Assembly (NCBI RefSeq): GCF_001194135.2
Contig: NC_068990.1
Coordinates: forward strand, 83,427,102 to 83,491,101
Length of the DNA stretch: 64,000 nt
Direction: 5' to 3'
Source of the DNA: Octopus bimaculoides
Lineage: Eukaryota
Under the pieces are notes generated by a model that searched no databases, was not told where the DNA came from, and worked only from the letters and a program-made list of their open reading frames with translations. Of this stretch, positions 63,076 through 64,000 are shown piece after piece; within the stretch, counting starts at the first letter, position 1; each line of letters starts with the position of its first letter. A program made the translations under genes and the position numbers.

Positions 63076-64000
63076 AAATCATTCACACACACACACACAC
63101 AAACAAACACACACACACATACATTGTACCTATATAATATATACATATATTATCGCTATAACTTATACAAACAGCAACATGGCTGGCCTAGATATTTTTA
63201 ATGTCCTCCTACTTCAAGCTCTCCGTACGCTCACAGTCTCAGCCTCTTCCTCTCCCTCTCCTTCACTTTCCTTATATCACTATTTCTTTCTTTGCGTTTT
63301 TATTCTTTCTTCCTTCCTTTCTGTCTATCCTTTACTCTTCTTTTTTTCCCCTTCTTTTCTTTTACACTGTGTTTTTGTTTTTCTTTCACATTTACACCCC
63401 TAATAGGTTTATATATGTATACATATACATACACACACATACATACAAACATATATGTACACACACACACACATACACATATATATATATATATAAATAT
63501 CTACACACAAACACACATACACACACATATATATATATATAATATAAGTACATACACATACATGCATGTGTGAGTGTTTTTGTCGAGACAGAGGTGGTTA
63601 TGTGCTATACGTGCGTACGTGAATATTTGTGAGTGAGTGTGTATATACGTGTGTGTGTGTGTGCGTGTGCGCGTGAATGCGCGTGTGTGTGAGTGCACAT
63701 TTATAAATATATGTCACGATCACTTTTATATCTAACAATAACCGTATTCTTCCGCCCTCACGTATCAAACCTTCTCTCTGTTTTTCTGTCTGCTAGTTGT
63801 TTCCGTACCTCCATATACACCCACCCAAAAGACTCCCGCCTCTCTCTCTCTATCTATCTCTCTCTTTCCTTTCTCTCTCTCTCTCTCTCTTTCTTTCCCT
63901 CTATCTATCTATCTATCTATCTGTCTATCTATCTATCTATCTATCCCTCTCTCGCTTTCTTTCTCTTTCTCTTTCGCTCTTTCGATGTATATATATATAT

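Noticed and set aside
14928-63698. Numerous 60-200 aa ORFs rich in YI, HT, CV, VV or SL
   Set aside because: Translations of microsatellites, SINEs or RTE tails; no domain content.
1-64000. CRISPR array, rRNA or prokaryotic operon-type systems
   Set aside because: No regularly interspaced repeats or rRNA-like sequence; the window is eukaryotic, repeat-rich non-coding DNA.

Overview
AT-rich, microsatellite-dense draft metazoan sequence with many N gaps. The repeat content and gene style suggest a cephalopod, probably Octopus (inference). Only one host gene is supportable: the first coding exon of an IRF2BP-family transcriptional corepressor (IRF2BPL/Pits-like) on the minus strand, 58779..57918, ending at a CAG|GTGAGA donor. 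I could not find its downstream exons, so most of the window is probably one very large intron 1 or exon 2 lies in a gap. The rest is tRNA-derived SINEs of about five families, RTE-type LINE remnants, piggyBac-like and hAT-like MITEs, and simple repeats. Nearly all other ORF-track entries are gap, microsatellite or SINE artefacts. The most notable non-coding structures are: (1) a composite at about 47.0-47.4 kb of a head-to-head tRNA-like palindrome, (TAA)n and a minimal type-I hammerhead-ribozyme-like core; (2) three separate 140-150 bp inverted duplications, each abutting a (TA)n tract; (3) a templated insertion at 2.4 kb; (4) a structured RTE-like 5' leader at 49.75 kb.
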